Assembly: GCA_028715345.1 (NCBI GenBank)
Contig: JAQUSB010000004.1
Span: 14,922 to 78,921, forward strand
DNA from: Candidatus Omnitrophota bacterium
Lineage (GTDB): Bacteria; Omnitrophota; Gorgyraeia; 2-01-FULL-45-10
Direction of reading: 5' to 3'
Length of the DNA: 64,000 nucleotides
Part shown: piece by piece, positions 52,626 through 63,003 of the stretch
Layout: every line of letters begins with the position of its first letter
Position numbering within the stretch: position 1 is the stretch's first letter
Made by a program: the position numbers and the translations under genes
Notes under the pieces: generated by a model
Databases searched by the model: none
What the model was told of the DNA's origin: nothing
What the model saw: only the letters and a program-made list of their open reading frames with translations

Positions 52626-52638
52626 AAAGGGAAATACC

Positions 52639-52857
52639 ATGAAAGAGAAGATCGAGAAAGCATTGGAAAAAGTCAGAAGCGCGCTGCAGCAGGACGGCGG
52701 CGATATCGAGCTGGTCGGCATCGAGAACGGAGTCGTTAAAGTCCGCCTGAAAGGCGCTTGCGCGGGATGCCCGATGAGCCAGATGACGATGGCGAACTTC
52801 GTCGAAGCCGAGCTTAAGAAATCTGTACCTGAGATAAAGAAGGTCCAGGCGGTATAG
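52639..52857 (+). CDS. NifU-like (Nfu) Fe-S cluster carrier domain protein
   Basis: 72 aa. Motif GACAGCPMSQMT. Confidence 0.7.
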   Translation: MKEKIEKALEKVRSALQQDGGDIELVGIENGVVKVRLKGACAGCPMSQMTMANFVEAELKKSVPEIKKVQAV

Positions 52858-52871
52858 CGAAAGACGGATCT

Positions 52872-53519
52872 ATGATAATAACGAAACAGAAAGAATTTAA
52901 AGAGATACTAAAGCGCCTTGAAGGCGAAAAGTCGATATTCCTTATAGGATGCGGCGAATGCTCGACGACATGCAAAACGGGCGGCGAAGAAGAAATAAAA
53001 AAGATAAAAGAAGCGCTCGAGAAGGAAGGCAAAACCGTTACGGGGTATTGTATACCCACCGCGCCGTGCATAGCGGCGAAGGTGAAGCTTGAGCTGGCTA
53101 AGAACCGGAAGACGATAGAGTCCTCCGATGCTATCCTGGTACTTGCCTGCGGCCTCGGCATACAATCCGTGAAAGATAACCTGAGGAGCGAGAAACCGAT
53201 CCACGTCGGGTGTGACACGCTTTTCATGGGCGCGATAGACTCAGCCGGCGTTTTCCTGGAAAAATGTTCCGCCTGTGGGGATTGTGTGCTTGAACTGACG
53301 GGCCTGATATGCCCATTGACGCGCTGTTCGAAATCTCTGCTCAATGGACCGTGCGGCGGGCAGGATAAGGGCAAGTGCGAAGTCGACAAAAACAGGGATT
53401 GCGCCTGGATATTGATCTATAACGAACTTAAGAAAAGGAACAGGCTCGACCTTCTGCGTGAAATAAAACCTCCGAAAGACCATTCAAAAGCCGGTAAACC
53501 CAGAGAAGCCAGGTTGTAG
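52872..53519 (+). CDS. Cys-rich protein with MTHFR_C-like CxxCGxC...NGPCGG motif
   Basis: 215 aa. Motifs CGECSTTC, CSACGDCV and NGPCGGQDKGKCE. Confidence 0.4.
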   Translation: MIITKQKEFKEILKRLEGEKSIFLIGCGECSTTCKTGGEEEIKKIKEALEKEGKTVTGYCIPTAPCIAAKVKLELAKNRKTIESSDAILVLACGLGIQSVKDNLRSEKPIHVGCDTLFMGAIDSAGVFLEKCSACGDCVLELTGLICPLTRCSKSLLNGPCGGQDKGKCEVDKNRDCAWILIYNELKKRNRLDLLREIKPPKDHSKAGKPREARL

Positions 53520-53560
53520 AGCGCGCCGCCCGCCCGCGGCTTGTCGTATTAATTTTAATG

Positions 53561-53589
53561 TTGACTAAATCTGTCAACTATGCTAAAAT
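53561..53589 (+). promoter_or_regulatory. promoter with palindromic operator upstream of the Rrf2/IscR-type gene
   Basis: TTGACTAAATCTGTCAA: a palindrome whose first half-site is a -35 hexamer (TTGACT). TAAAAT -10 lies 17 nt downstream. Confidence 0.4.
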
Positions 53590-53595
53590 AAAACA

Positions 53596-54027
53596 ATGAA
53601 ACTTTCGACGAAATCGACATATGGGTTACGGGCGATGCTGAGTATCGCGATGAACAGCCCGAAGGGAGCGATCTCCGTCGCCGATATATCGAAAAAAGAA
53701 GGCATATCGGTCGCGTACTTAGAACAGCTCCTGAATAAATTGATGCACCGCGGCCTTGTCGCAAGCATAAGGGGGCCTAAGGGAGGCTACGTTCTCTCGA
53801 AAAATACGGGCGCTATAACGGTCGGCGACATCGTCAAGACGCTCGAGGGCAATATTTACCCGGTCCATTGCATAGCGGCGGGAAAAGGATCGAGCGCCTG
53901 CAAAAAAAGCTCAGGCTGCGTCCCTAAACTGGTCTGGATGAAACTGGCAAAGTCTATAAGCGATTGTCTTGATTCGATAACATTGAAAGAACTGTGCGCG
54001 GAAGCCAAAAAACTCGACAGGAGATGA
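53596..54027 (+). CDS. iscR: Rrf2 family regulator, IscR-like
   Basis: 143 aa. Conserved Cys triad (CKKSSGC...C). Upstream of the cysteine desulfurase. Confidence 0.75.
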   Translation: MKLSTKSTYGLRAMLSIAMNSPKGAISVADISKKEGISVAYLEQLLNKLMHRGLVASIRGPKGGYVLSKNTGAITVGDIVKTLEGNIYPVHCIAAGKGSSACKKSSGCVPKLVWMKLAKSISDCLDSITLKELCAEAKKLDRR

Positions 54028-54031
54028 TCTT

Positions 54032-55204
54032 ATGAGAAAAGTTTACATGGATAATAATGCCACCACCAGGACGCGGCCGGAGGTTGCAGAAGCGATGCTG
54101 CCGTATTTTAGTGAAATTTACGGTAATGCCTCCAGCATACACCAGTTCGGCCGAGCGGCCAGGGCTGCCGTAGACAGCGCCAGGGGTAAGGTAGCAGCGC
54201 TATTGGGCGCAGGCTCGCCCGAGGAGATCGTATTCACCGCCGGCGGGACAGAGTCGGACAATTTCGCGATAAAAGGCGTGGCGGCAGCTCTTCGCTCGAA
54301 GGGAAACCATATAATAACCTCGTCCATAGAACACCAGGCCGTTCTGAATACCTGTAAATTCATGGCGAAGGAAGGTTTCGACGTAACGTTTGTCGGCGTC
54401 GATGAGAACGGCGTAGTAAAATTGGATGAACTTAAGAAAGCGATCACCCCTAAGACGATACTCATAACCATAATGCACGCCAATAACGAGATCGGCTCGA
54501 TACAACCGATAGAAGAGATCGGCAAAATAGCGAAAGAGAAAGGGATATATTTTCACACCGATGCCGTCCAGACCGTCGGGAAACTCCCGCTGGACGTGAA
54601 AAATTCGAACATCGACCTTCTTTCGATGTCGGGGCACAAACTTTACGGCCCGAAAGGGATCGGGGCTCTCTATATAAGGAAAGGCACAAAGATAACGCCG
54701 CAGATGCTCGGCGGCCATCATGAGATGGGCAAACGCGCCGGCACCGAGAATGTCCCCGGCATAGTCGGCCTCGGACTCGCGTGTGAACTCGCGCAGAAAG
54801 AGCTCGCGACGGAGAGTAAAAAACTTACGGAATTACGGGATCGCCTTTATAATGGGATAATTTCCAGGATAGAAGACGTCCGTTTGAACGGCCACCCCAA
54901 GAACAGATTACCGAATACCCTTAACGTAGGATTCAAATATCTCGAGGGAGAAGGGATAATACTGAACCTCGACATGGAAGGCGTAGGGGTCTCGACGGGC
55001 TCGGCGTGCACGTCGGGATCGCTCGAGCCTTCGCACGTTCTTACGGCAATGGGCGTGGACCCCGCCGAAACGCAAGGTTCCGTCAGATTTTCGCTCGGAC
55101 GCGACAATACGAAAGAAGACATAGATTATGTGCTGGAGGTCCTGCCTCCGATAATCAAGCGGCTTCGCGATATGTCGCCGTTATATGAAAGCAAGAAAAA
55201 GTAA
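54032..55204 (+). CDS. iscS: cysteine desulfurase (NifS/IscS)
   Basis: 390 aa. PLP-Lys motif SMSGHKLYGPKG. Active Cys SGSAC. Confidence 0.9.
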   Translation: MRKVYMDNNATTRTRPEVAEAMLPYFSEIYGNASSIHQFGRAARAAVDSARGKVAALLGAGSPEEIVFTAGGTESDNFAIKGVAAALRSKGNHIITSSIEHQAVLNTCKFMAKEGFDVTFVGVDENGVVKLDELKKAITPKTILITIMHANNEIGSIQPIEEIGKIAKEKGIYFHTDAVQTVGKLPLDVKNSNIDLLSMSGHKLYGPKGIGALYIRKGTKITPQMLGGHHEMGKRAGTENVPGIVGLGLACELAQKELATESKKLTELRDRLYNGIISRIEDVRLNGHPKNRLPNTLNVGFKYLEGEGIILNLDMEGVGVSTGSACTSGSLEPSHVLTAMGVDPAETQGSVRFSLGRDNTKEDIDYVLEVLPPIIKRLRDMSPLYESKKK

Positions 55205-55236
55205 AAAATCTATTCAAAATTTGAAAGGATGATCCA

Positions 55237-55626
55237 ATGGAAGGCCAATATTCGGAAAAAGTGATGGAACATTTCAGGAATCCCCGCAATGTAGGCGAGA
55301 TACCCGACGCCAGCGGCATAGGCAATGTCGGAAATCCGGTATGCGGGGACATCATGAGGCTCTACATCAAGGTAGACGATAAAGAAATAATAACCGACGC
55401 CAAATTCAAGACGTTCGGATGCGGCGCCGCCATAGCTACCTCAAGCATGGTCACGGAGCTTGTTAAGGGTAAGACCATAGATGAGGCGCTTAAAGTTTCT
55501 AACCACGCCGTAGCCGAGGCGCTGGGAGGGCTTCCCAAGATAAAGATGCATTGCTCGGTATTGGCGGAACAGGCGCTCAGGAACGCTATTGACGATTATT
55601 TGGCTAAAAAGAAGGTAAAAGCTTAA
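55237..55626 (+). CDS. iscU: Fe-S cluster assembly scaffold NifU/IscU
   Basis: 129 aa. Cys ligands GNPVCGD, FGCGAA and HCS. Confidence 0.9.
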   Translation: MEGQYSEKVMEHFRNPRNVGEIPDASGIGNVGNPVCGDIMRLYIKVDDKEIITDAKFKTFGCGAAIATSSMVTELVKGKTIDEALKVSNHAVAEALGGLPKIKMHCSVLAEQALRNAIDDYLAKKKVKA

Positions 55627-55638
55627 AAAAGGGCGAAA

Positions 55639-56187
55639 GTGAAATACAAGATACGTACCCACATAAAGGAAAAGTTAAATTCCCACTCGGAGCTTGAAAA
55701 AAAACAGAAGAGTGGTATAATTAAAGATAAGTTATTTAACGAAAAGGCTTTCAAAGAAGCCGAAGTTGTGATGTTCTATGTCTCGTTAAAGGACGAAGTA
55801 AGCACTTTGTCCATGATAGACGAGGCGATAAAGATCGGGAAGAGAGTGTGTATTCCTGTGATCATTAAGGAAGAAAAGCGTCTTATAGCCGGTGAGATAA
55901 AAGACCGGGCAATGGATCTGGAGCGGCAGCATTTTGGAATCTATCAGCCCAAGGCGGGCCACGTAAAAGAGGTTCCTTTAGAAGATATAGATGTGATCGT
56001 AGTCCCCGGGATAGCATTTGACAAAAAGAACGTAAGGCTGGGCAGGGGACACGGTTATTACGATAGATTCTTATGCGCGCTTCCAAATGACACCAAAACT
56101 ATAGGGATTGCTTTCGATTTTCAGGTTTTAGAAGACCTTCCTAAAGATTCACACGATATTCCCGTCTGGAAAACCATCACAGCGTAA
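55639..56187 (+). CDS. 5-formyltetrahydrofolate cyclo-ligase
   Basis: 182 aa. MTHFS family. Motifs VVPGIAFD, GRGHGYYDR. Confidence 0.7.
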   Translation: MKYKIRTHIKEKLNSHSELEKKQKSGIIKDKLFNEKAFKEAEVVMFYVSLKDEVSTLSMIDEAIKIGKRVCIPVIIKEEKRLIAGEIKDRAMDLERQHFGIYQPKAGHVKEVPLEDIDVIVVPGIAFDKKNVRLGRGHGYYDRFLCALPNDTKTIGIAFDFQVLEDLPKDSHDIPVWKTITA

Positions 56188-56273
56188 GATCAATAAAAGG
56201 ATAGATGTCCCCTGAGCGCTTTCTTTTATCGCGTTTTCGGGGTAAATTTTCTATCGAAAATCCGGAGGACATT

Positions 56274-57851
56274 ATGCAGCAACAACAAGACATCACGATC
56301 ATCTATATAGGTCTTGCTGCCCTTGCCGCACTATCCTTCATGGCGCTTGGGTATCTTTTGAGGAAGATCCACTCCAAGAAGAAATTGAAGAACGCCGAAG
56401 ATAGCGCGAAGAAAATGATAGATACGGCAAAGGTCGAGGCGGACAAACTGCGCCACGGCGCGGAATTGCAGGCTAAGGACACACTCCTGAAACTGAGGAG
56501 CGAATTCGAAAAAGAGACCAAGGACAGGCGCGGTGAACTGGTCGTCCTGGAGAAGAGGCTCATACAGAAGGAAGAGTCCATCGACAGGAAGATGGATATG
56601 ATCGACCGCAAAGAGAAGGATATCGATCGGCGCGACCACGTGATGGCCGAAAAAGAGAAGGGCATCGTATCGAAAGAAAGAGACCTGGAGAGGTTATTAC
56701 AGGAAGAGAAAGAGAAGTTACAGAATATCTCCGGGATGACGCGCGAAGAGGCTAAAAAACTGCTTCTGGCAAAACTCGAGGATGAAGTTAAGCAGGAAGC
56801 GGCCATTATGATAAAGCGCTCCGAAGACGAAGCCAAAGAAAAGGCGGACAAGGAAGCGCGCAAGATAATAGGACTCGCGATACAGAGATGCGCGGCCGAG
56901 CACGCAGTCGAAACTACGGTAAGCGTCGTGAACCTGCCGAGCGACGAAATGAAAGGCAGGATAATAGGGCGCGAAGGCAGGAATATCAGGGCGCTCGAAA
57001 TAGCGACGGGTATAGACGTCATCATTGACGATACGCCGGAAGCCGTTATCTTATCGGGATTCGATCCGATAAAACGCGAGATCGCGAAGTTGTCGCTCGA
57101 ACGCCTCTTGCAGGACGGCCGGATCCACCCCGGCAGGATCGAAGAGGTCGTAGAAAAGGTCAAAAAAGAGATGGAGACGACGATACGCGAAGCCGGCGAA
57201 AAAGCGCTATTCGAGACGGGCCTCCACGGCCTTCACCCGGAGATCATAAAGCTTTTGGGCAGGCTGAAATACAGGACAAGTTACGGGCAGAACGTCCTCG
57301 AGCATTCGAAGGAAGTCGCGCATCTGATGGGCGTCATGGCGAGCGAGCTCAAGCTCGATTTTAACCTTGCCAAACGCATAGGCTTATTGCACGATATAGG
57401 TAAAGCGGTGAGCCATGAAGTAGAGGGCACTCACTCGAAACTCGGCGCGGATCTTGCCAGGAAGTACGGCGAGTCCGAAAACATCTGCCACGCCATAGAG
57501 GCTCATCACCAGGATATCGAACCGAAAACTCTTCTGGCGGTATTATGCCAGGCGGCCGACGCTATAAGCGCGTCGCGTCCGGGCGCAAGGCGTGAAACAC
57601 TCGAGATCTATGTAAAGAGGCTCGAGAAACTGGAATCGATCGCCGATTCGTTCAAAGGCGTCGAGAAGGCATACGCGATACAGGCCGGGCGGGAAATACG
57701 CGTCATAGTCCAGCCCGAAAAGATAAATGATGCTCAGGCCGCCGTTATGGCCAGGGACATTACGAAAAAGATCGAAGAAGGCCTGGAATATCCGGGCCAG
57801 ATCAAAGTTACGGTTATACGCGAGATACGGGCCGTGGAGTACGCGAAATGA
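56274..57851 (+). CDS. rny: ribonuclease Y
   Basis: Start taken at MQQQQ (RBS GGAGG). N-terminal TM helix, coiled coil, KH and HD (LLHDIGK) domains. Confidence 0.85.
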   Translation: MQQQQDITIIYIGLAALAALSFMALGYLLRKIHSKKKLKNAEDSAKKMIDTAKVEADKLRHGAELQAKDTLLKLRSEFEKETKDRRGELVVLEKRLIQKEESIDRKMDMIDRKEKDIDRRDHVMAEKEKGIVSKERDLERLLQEEKEKLQNISGMTREEAKKLLLAKLEDEVKQEAAIMIKRSEDEAKEKADKEARKIIGLAIQRCAAEHAVETTVSVVNLPSDEMKGRIIGREGRNIRALEIATGIDVIIDDTPEAVILSGFDPIKREIAKLSLERLLQDGRIHPGRIEEVVEKVKKEMETTIREAGEKALFETGLHGLHPEIIKLLGRLKYRTSYGQNVLEHSKEVAHLMGVMASELKLDFNLAKRIGLLHDIGKAVSHEVEGTHSKLGADLARKYGESENICHAIEAHHQDIEPKTLLAVLCQAADAISASRPGARRETLEIYVKRLEKLESIADSFKGVEKAYAIQAGREIRVIVQPEKINDAQAAVMARDITKKIEEGLEYPGQIKVTVIREIRAVEYAK

Positions 57852-58630
57852 AGATACTCTTCATAGGAGATATCGTAGGCGAGCCGGGGCGCAGGGCCAT
57901 CGCCGAACTTCTGCCCGGGATCAAAAAAGCCAACGAGATCGAATTCGTTATCGGCAATGCCGAGAACGTAGCGGGCGGAAGCGGCATCACGCCGTCGCTT
58001 GCCGACGAGCTCTTCGAGCACGGCCTCGACGTCATTACCTCAGGCGACCACGTCTGGAAACGCAAGGAGATAGTCGACAGGATCGAATCCGACACGCGTA
58101 TCATACGCCCCGCGAATTACCCGAAAGGGGCGCCGGGTTTCGGCTCGACGGTGATAAAGTCGGCGTCAGGCACCGAAGTCGGCGTGATCAATCTCATCGG
58201 CCGTGTCTTTATGCAGCCGCTCGACTGCCCGTTCAGGGCCGCGAAAGCGGAGATCGATAAGATCAAGAATAAGGCGAGAGTCATTATAATCGATATGCAC
58301 GCCGAGGCGACGAGCGAAAAGATAGCGCTCGGCTGGTATCTCGACGGACAGGTCAGCGCCGTAATCGGCACGCACACGCACGTCCAGACCGCCGACGAAA
58401 AGATACTCCCCGCCGGCACCGCTTTTCTCGCCGACGCCGGGATGACCGGCCCGCTCGACGGGGTTATCGGCCGCAAGAAGGAGCAGATAATCGCGAAATT
58501 CTTAAGCCAGATGCCGATAAAATTCGAGATGGCCGAAGGCGATATACAGCTGCAAGGCGCTATCATCGATATCGATGAAAAGACCGGCAAAGCCGACTCG
58601 ATAAAAAGGATCCAGAAGAAATTAGCGTAA
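57848..58630 (+). CDS. ymdB: YmdB-family metallophosphoesterase (2',3'-cyclic-nucleotide phosphodiesterase)
   Basis: 260 aa. N-terminus [11 protein letters not shown], plus GNAENVAGG. In the conserved rny-ymdB pairing. Confidence 0.8.
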   Translation: MKILFIGDIVGEPGRRAIAELLPGIKKANEIEFVIGNAENVAGGSGITPSLADELFEHGLDVITSGDHVWKRKEIVDRIESDTRIIRPANYPKGAPGFGSTVIKSASGTEVGVINLIGRVFMQPLDCPFRAAKAEIDKIKNKARVIIIDMHAEATSEKIALGWYLDGQVSAVIGTHTHVQTADEKILPAGTAFLADAGMTGPLDGVIGRKKEQIIAKFLSQMPIKFEMAEGDIQLQGAIIDIDEKTGKADSIKRIQKKLA

Positions 58631-58634
58631 AAAT

Positions 58635-59855
58635 TTGACAATGAACGAGCAGAAAGAGAAGCACATATATACGGTCAGCGAGCTGACCAAATATGTCCGC
58701 GTCATCCTCGAGGACTCTTTTCCTGCCGTGTGGGTCGAAGGCGAAATATCGAATTTTGTCCTGCATACTTCCGGCCACATGTATTTTTCGTTAAGGGACG
58801 CGGGCGCGGTCTTGAAATGCGCAATGTTCGCCCGCTCCAACGCCAGGTTAAAATTTAAACCTAAAGACGGGATGAAGGTCATCTGCTTCGGCAAGATGTC
58901 GGTCTACGAGGCCCGGGGCGATTACCAGCTCATTGCCGAAGAGATCGAGCCCAAAGGGATAGGCGCCCTCCAGCTGCAATTCCAGCAGTTAAAAGAGAAG
59001 CTGCAAAAAGAAGGCCTTTTCGACGAGAGGCATAAAGTAAAGATACCGTTCCTCCCGACGAGGATAGGTATAGTTACAAGTCCCACAGGCGCGGCGATAA
59101 GGGATATTTTAAATATAGCGCGACGCAGATTTTCAAATGTCGAAATAATAATAAATCCCGTGAAAGTGCAGGGCGAGAGCGCCAAGAACGAAATAGCGCA
59201 AGCCGTCCGGGAATTCAATAAATTAAAGAATATCGACGTGATGATAGTGACGCGCGGTGGCGGATCATTGGAAGACCTGTGGCCGTTCAATGAAGAAGTG
59301 GTTGCGCGCGCTCTCTATGAGTCGGAGATACCCGTGATAAGCGCCGTCGGCCACGAGATAGACTACACGATCTCGGATTTCGTCGCGGACTTCAGGGCGC
59401 CGACGCCTTCGGCTGCGGCGGAACTCGTCATCCCGAGGAAAGAAGACCTCGTCGGGCTCATAAATACCGCGACGACGCGGCTGAATAATGCGCTTACAGG
59501 CAAAGTGAACCGCCTGGCCGAGCGGCTCAAGGCGGTAAAAGAGAGTTATATTTTACGTCAGCCGCTCAACCTGATCACGCAATATGAACAGATGATCGAC
59601 GATCTGCGTAAAGACCTGAACATAAGGATCGACCATCTGGTAAAGATAAAAGGCGAAAGATTTAATCTGATCGACGGTAAACTCGGAGCGTTCAACCCTC
59701 TGGGTATATTGAAACGCGGTTACAGCGTGAGCACAAAACTGCCCGAAGGTATTATTTTAAAAGATATCCGGTCGCTTAAAGTGGGCGACATGGTCGAAAC
59801 CAAACTCGGCAACGGAAAATTCAGGAGCAAAGTGGAGGAGATCGAAAATGGCTGA
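58635..59855 (+). CDS. xseA: exodeoxyribonuclease VII large subunit
   Basis: 406 aa. OB fold, then catalytic domain. Confidence 0.85.
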   Translation: MTMNEQKEKHIYTVSELTKYVRVILEDSFPAVWVEGEISNFVLHTSGHMYFSLRDAGAVLKCAMFARSNARLKFKPKDGMKVICFGKMSVYEARGDYQLIAEEIEPKGIGALQLQFQQLKEKLQKEGLFDERHKVKIPFLPTRIGIVTSPTGAAIRDILNIARRRFSNVEIIINPVKVQGESAKNEIAQAVREFNKLKNIDVMIVTRGGGSLEDLWPFNEEVVARALYESEIPVISAVGHEIDYTISDFVADFRAPTPSAAAELVIPRKEDLVGLINTATTRLNNALTGKVNRLAERLKAVKESYILRQPLNLITQYEQMIDDLRKDLNIRIDHLVKIKGERFNLIDGKLGAFNPLGILKRGYSVSTKLPEGIILKDIRSLKVGDMVETKLGNGKFRSKVEEIENG

Positions 59856-60138
59856 TATGAAATTCGAAGAAGCGCTTAAAAGGCTGGAAAAGATAGTGGC
59901 GGACCTGGAAGACGGCAGTCTGTCTCTCGACGAGTCGCTCGAAAAATACGAAGAAGGCATAAAACTGTCGAAAGCGTGCTCCAAAAAACTCGAAGTGGCC
60001 CGTAAAAAGGTCGAGATACTCCTGAAGAACGAGGACGGTTCCGCGGAATTGAAGCCTTTCGATGAAAAGGCGGCGGAAGAAGAAACAAAGCCGGAAGCGA
60101 AGAAGAGAAAGCCTAAGACAGAAGAAGGCCTTTTTTGA
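59848..60138 (+). CDS. xseB: exodeoxyribonuclease VII small subunit
   Basis: 96 aa. N-terminus FEEALKRLEKIV. Overlaps xseA. Confidence 0.8.
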   Translation: MADMKFEEALKRLEKIVADLEDGSLSLDESLEKYEEGIKLSKACSKKLEVARKKVEILLKNEDGSAELKPFDEKAAEEETKPEAKKRKPKTEEGLF

Positions 60139-60884
60139 ACCTGACAGCCATTATTGAAAAGAGCCTCGATAAGTTTCTCCCGTCCGAAAAGGCCGATCCT
60201 GAGGTTTTGCACGAAGCGATGCGTTATAGTGTATTTCCCGGAGGGAAACGTATACGCCCCGTCGTTTTGACGGAAGCGGCGCTCGCCTGCGGCGGGAAAA
60301 TAAAAGACGCTATGGCGGCGGCGTGCGCAGTGGAATTCGTCCACACCTATTCTCTGATACACGATGACCTGCCGTCGATGGACGACGACGATTACAGGCG
60401 GGGCAAGCCCAGCTGCCACAAAAAATTCAGTGAGGGCGCAGCGATACTCGCCGGGGACGCGCTCCTGACGCTCGCGTTCGGCGTGATAGCGCGCGAGTAT
60501 GGACCCGGGATAGCCTCCGCGATGACGGAAGAATTGGCGCAGGCCATCGGCTCATGCGGCATGGTGGGCGGCCAGGCGCTCGATATTGCCGGGGATAAGA
60601 GGACCGGCAAGGTCAACCGCCTCAAGACGGCAAAATTATTCGAGGCATCGGCGGTTTTGGGCGCTTTGTCGGCGCAAGCCGGTAAAAAAAAGACGGAAGC
60701 AATGCGCGAATACGGAGAAAATCTCGGTATGGCATTCCAGGCAGTGGACGATAAGCTCGACGGAGAAGCGAGTTTTTCGATAGCGGATACGAAAATTTTT
60801 GTCAAAAACTCTAAACGCGCTTTAACGATATTCGGGAAGAAAGCGAACGGTCTTAAAAAGATCGTGGACCAGCTACTTAAGTAG
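60135..60884 (+). CDS. ispA: polyprenyl (farnesyl/geranylgeranyl) diphosphate synthase
   Basis: 249 aa with a TTG start. Motifs DDxxD (IHDDLPSMDDDDYRRGK) and AFQAVDD. Confidence 0.85.
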   Translation: MNLTAIIEKSLDKFLPSEKADPEVLHEAMRYSVFPGGKRIRPVVLTEAALACGGKIKDAMAAACAVEFVHTYSLIHDDLPSMDDDDYRRGKPSCHKKFSEGAAILAGDALLTLAFGVIAREYGPGIASAMTEELAQAIGSCGMVGGQALDIAGDKRTGKVNRLKTAKLFEASAVLGALSAQAGKKKTEAMREYGENLGMAFQAVDDKLDGEASFSIADTKIFVKNSKRALTIFGKKANGLKKIVDQLLK

Positions 60885-60919
60885 GGCACCCTTAAGGGTG
60901 CCCTACAATTATGGATAAC
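60881..60919 (+). repeat. intergenic hairpin (GTAGGGCACCC-TTAA-GGGTGCCCTAC) followed by TATGGATAA; copy 2 of 2
   Basis: Same architecture as 52087-52123. The ispA TAG stop lies in the stem start. Confidence 0.5.
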
Positions 60920-60926
60920 TATTACA

Positions 60927-62792
60927 ATGCTTATAGAAAACATAAAAAACCCGGCCGACTTGCGGAAAATGCCCTTAACGGAACTTCCGAAAGTCGCGGA
61001 GGAGATAAGACAGGAGGTATTAAATACGGTCTCGCGTTCGGGCGGACACCTTGCCTCGAGCCTCGGTTCGGTCGAACTGGCCATTGCCATACATTACGCT
61101 TTCAACACTCCCGACGACATGCTCTTGTGGGACGTCGGCCACCAGGCATACCCGCATAAGATATTGACGGGAAGGCTGGATAAATTCCCGACGCTGCGCC
61201 AGCTGGGCGGCTTAAGCGGTTTTCCCAATAAAGACGAAAGCCCCGAATACGATCTGTTCACGTGCGGCCATAGCTCTACGTCTATTTCCAATGCGCTCGG
61301 CCTGGTCGTGGGCCGCGATCTTTTAAAAAAGACCAATAAAGTGATCGCCGTAATAGGCGACGCGTCGCTCGCGGGCGGGATGTCATTCGAAGGTTTGAAC
61401 CATGCCGGCCACGCAGGCAAAGACATCATAGTTATTCTAAATGACAATGAGCGTTCGATATCGAAGAGCGTCGGAGCACTCAGTAAATACCTCAATAGGA
61501 TAATCGCCGCGCCCGTCTATAACAAGATAAGGCTCGACGTCGAAAAAGTCGTTAAAAGGATCCCGCGTTTCGGTTTCAGGGCATACAGGGCTGCGCGTAA
61601 GCTCGAAGAAGGGCTGAAGAATTTACTGATACCCGGCATGCTCTTCGAGGAACTGGGGTTCAGGTATTTCGGCCCGATAGACGGCCACGATATCACCCAG
61701 CTGGTCACGACATTCAGGAACCTTAAGGACCTGCAGGAGCCGATATTCATTCACGTAATAACGAAAAAGGGCAAAGGCTATAAATTTGCCGAAAACGATC
61801 CCGCGTCTTTCCATGGTACCGGGCCGTTCGACCTGGCTACGGGCAGGAAAATAGCGTCGGGGACTGCGGCCACGTTTACGCAGGCCTTCGGGGACAAGAT
61901 CACGGAGCTTGCCGCAGGTGACCCAAGGATAGTGGCGATAACCGCCGCGATGCCGGACGGAACGGGCCTCGGGAAATTTGCCGAAAGATTCCCGGAACGC
62001 TTCTTCGACGTGGGGATAGCCGAAGAGCACGCCGTAGGCCTTGCGGCCGGACTTGCGCGCATCGGTTTTAAGCCGGCCATATCGATATATTCCACATTTA
62101 TGCAGAGATGCTACGACCAGATAATACATGATGTGTGCCTGCAGAATCTGCCGGTCGTATTCTGTCTCGACAGGGCGGGCCTCGTCGGAGAAGACGGCCC
62201 GACGCACCACGGCCTGTTCGACATATCTTACCTGCGCAATATCCCGAACCTGACCGTGATGGCGCCTGCCTCGCCCGCGGAGCTTCAGGATATGCTGGAA
62301 TTTGCCCTTACGCGAAGCGGCCCGGTGGCTATGCGTTATCCGCGCGGCACCTCGATGCCCGGCAAAACTTCCGGCGCCCCTGTTAAGTCAGGAAAAGCGG
62401 AAATTTTGAGGACAGGAAAGGACGTTGCCATCGTAGCCATCGGCAGCATGGTCGAAACAGCCGTGGAAACGGCGGAATTATTGGCGAAAAAGAAGATCCA
62501 GGCTACGGTCGTTAACGCAAGATCCATAAAACCTCTCGATGAAGAGGTGCTGGAGAAGCTGTCGGGCGACATAAAAAAGATAGTGACCATCGAAGAGGGT
62601 ATCCTGGAAGGCGGCTTCGGGTCGAGCGTACTGGAATTTATCGAAAAAAGCTCCATAAAAGGCGTTAAAGTCCGTCGGATAGGCCTTCCGGCCAGATTTA
62701 TCGAACACGGCAGGCGCCAAGAACTATTTTCAAAGTATAACTTGACACCCGACGCAATTTGCGATGTAATTATAAAAGAGGTTATAGGTTAA
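60927..62792 (+). CDS. dxs: 1-deoxy-D-xylulose-5-phosphate synthase
   Basis: 621 aa. TPP motif GDASLAGGMSFEGLNHAG. Confidence 0.9.
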   Translation: MLIENIKNPADLRKMPLTELPKVAEEIRQEVLNTVSRSGGHLASSLGSVELAIAIHYAFNTPDDMLLWDVGHQAYPHKILTGRLDKFPTLRQLGGLSGFPNKDESPEYDLFTCGHSSTSISNALGLVVGRDLLKKTNKVIAVIGDASLAGGMSFEGLNHAGHAGKDIIVILNDNERSISKSVGALSKYLNRIIAAPVYNKIRLDVEKVVKRIPRFGFRAYRAARKLEEGLKNLLIPGMLFEELGFRYFGPIDGHDITQLVTTFRNLKDLQEPIFIHVITKKGKGYKFAENDPASFHGTGPFDLATGRKIASGTAATFTQAFGDKITELAAGDPRIVAITAAMPDGTGLGKFAERFPERFFDVGIAEEHAVGLAAGLARIGFKPAISIYSTFMQRCYDQIIHDVCLQNLPVVFCLDRAGLVGEDGPTHHGLFDISYLRNIPNLTVMAPASPAELQDMLEFALTRSGPVAMRYPRGTSMPGKTSGAPVKSGKAEILRTGKDVAIVAIGSMVETAVETAELLAKKKIQATVVNARSIKPLDEEVLEKLSGDIKKIVTIEEGILEGGFGSSVLEFIEKSSIKGVKVRRIGLPARFIEHGRRQELFSKYNLTPDAICDVIIKEVIG

Positions 62793-62795
62793 AAT

Positions 62796-62999
62796 ATGGC
62801 TAAAATAAAGATAGATAAGGACAGGTGCAAGGGCTGTTACCTTTGTGTCGTGAACTGCCCGAACGGTCTTATCAAGATATCCGGCGAAATGAACATCAAA
62901 GGCGTTAAGCCTGCCTATTTTTCAGGCAGCACAAAGTGCACAGGGTGTGCTATGTGCGCAGTCATATGCCCGGATTGCGGGATAAAGGTATTCAAATAA
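62796..62999 (+). CDS. 4Fe-4S ferredoxin (oxidoreductase delta subunit)
   Basis: 67 aa. Two CxxCxxCxxxCP motifs. Confidence 0.75.
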   Translation: MAKIKIDKDRCKGCYLCVVNCPNGLIKISGEMNIKGVKPAYFSGSTKCTGCAMCAVICPDCGIKVFK

Positions 63000-63003
63000 A
63001 AAT

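Noticed and set aside
56303-57163. 286-aa Ser-rich minus-strand ORF
   Set aside because: Antisense to the Lys/Glu-rich coiled-coil region of rny.
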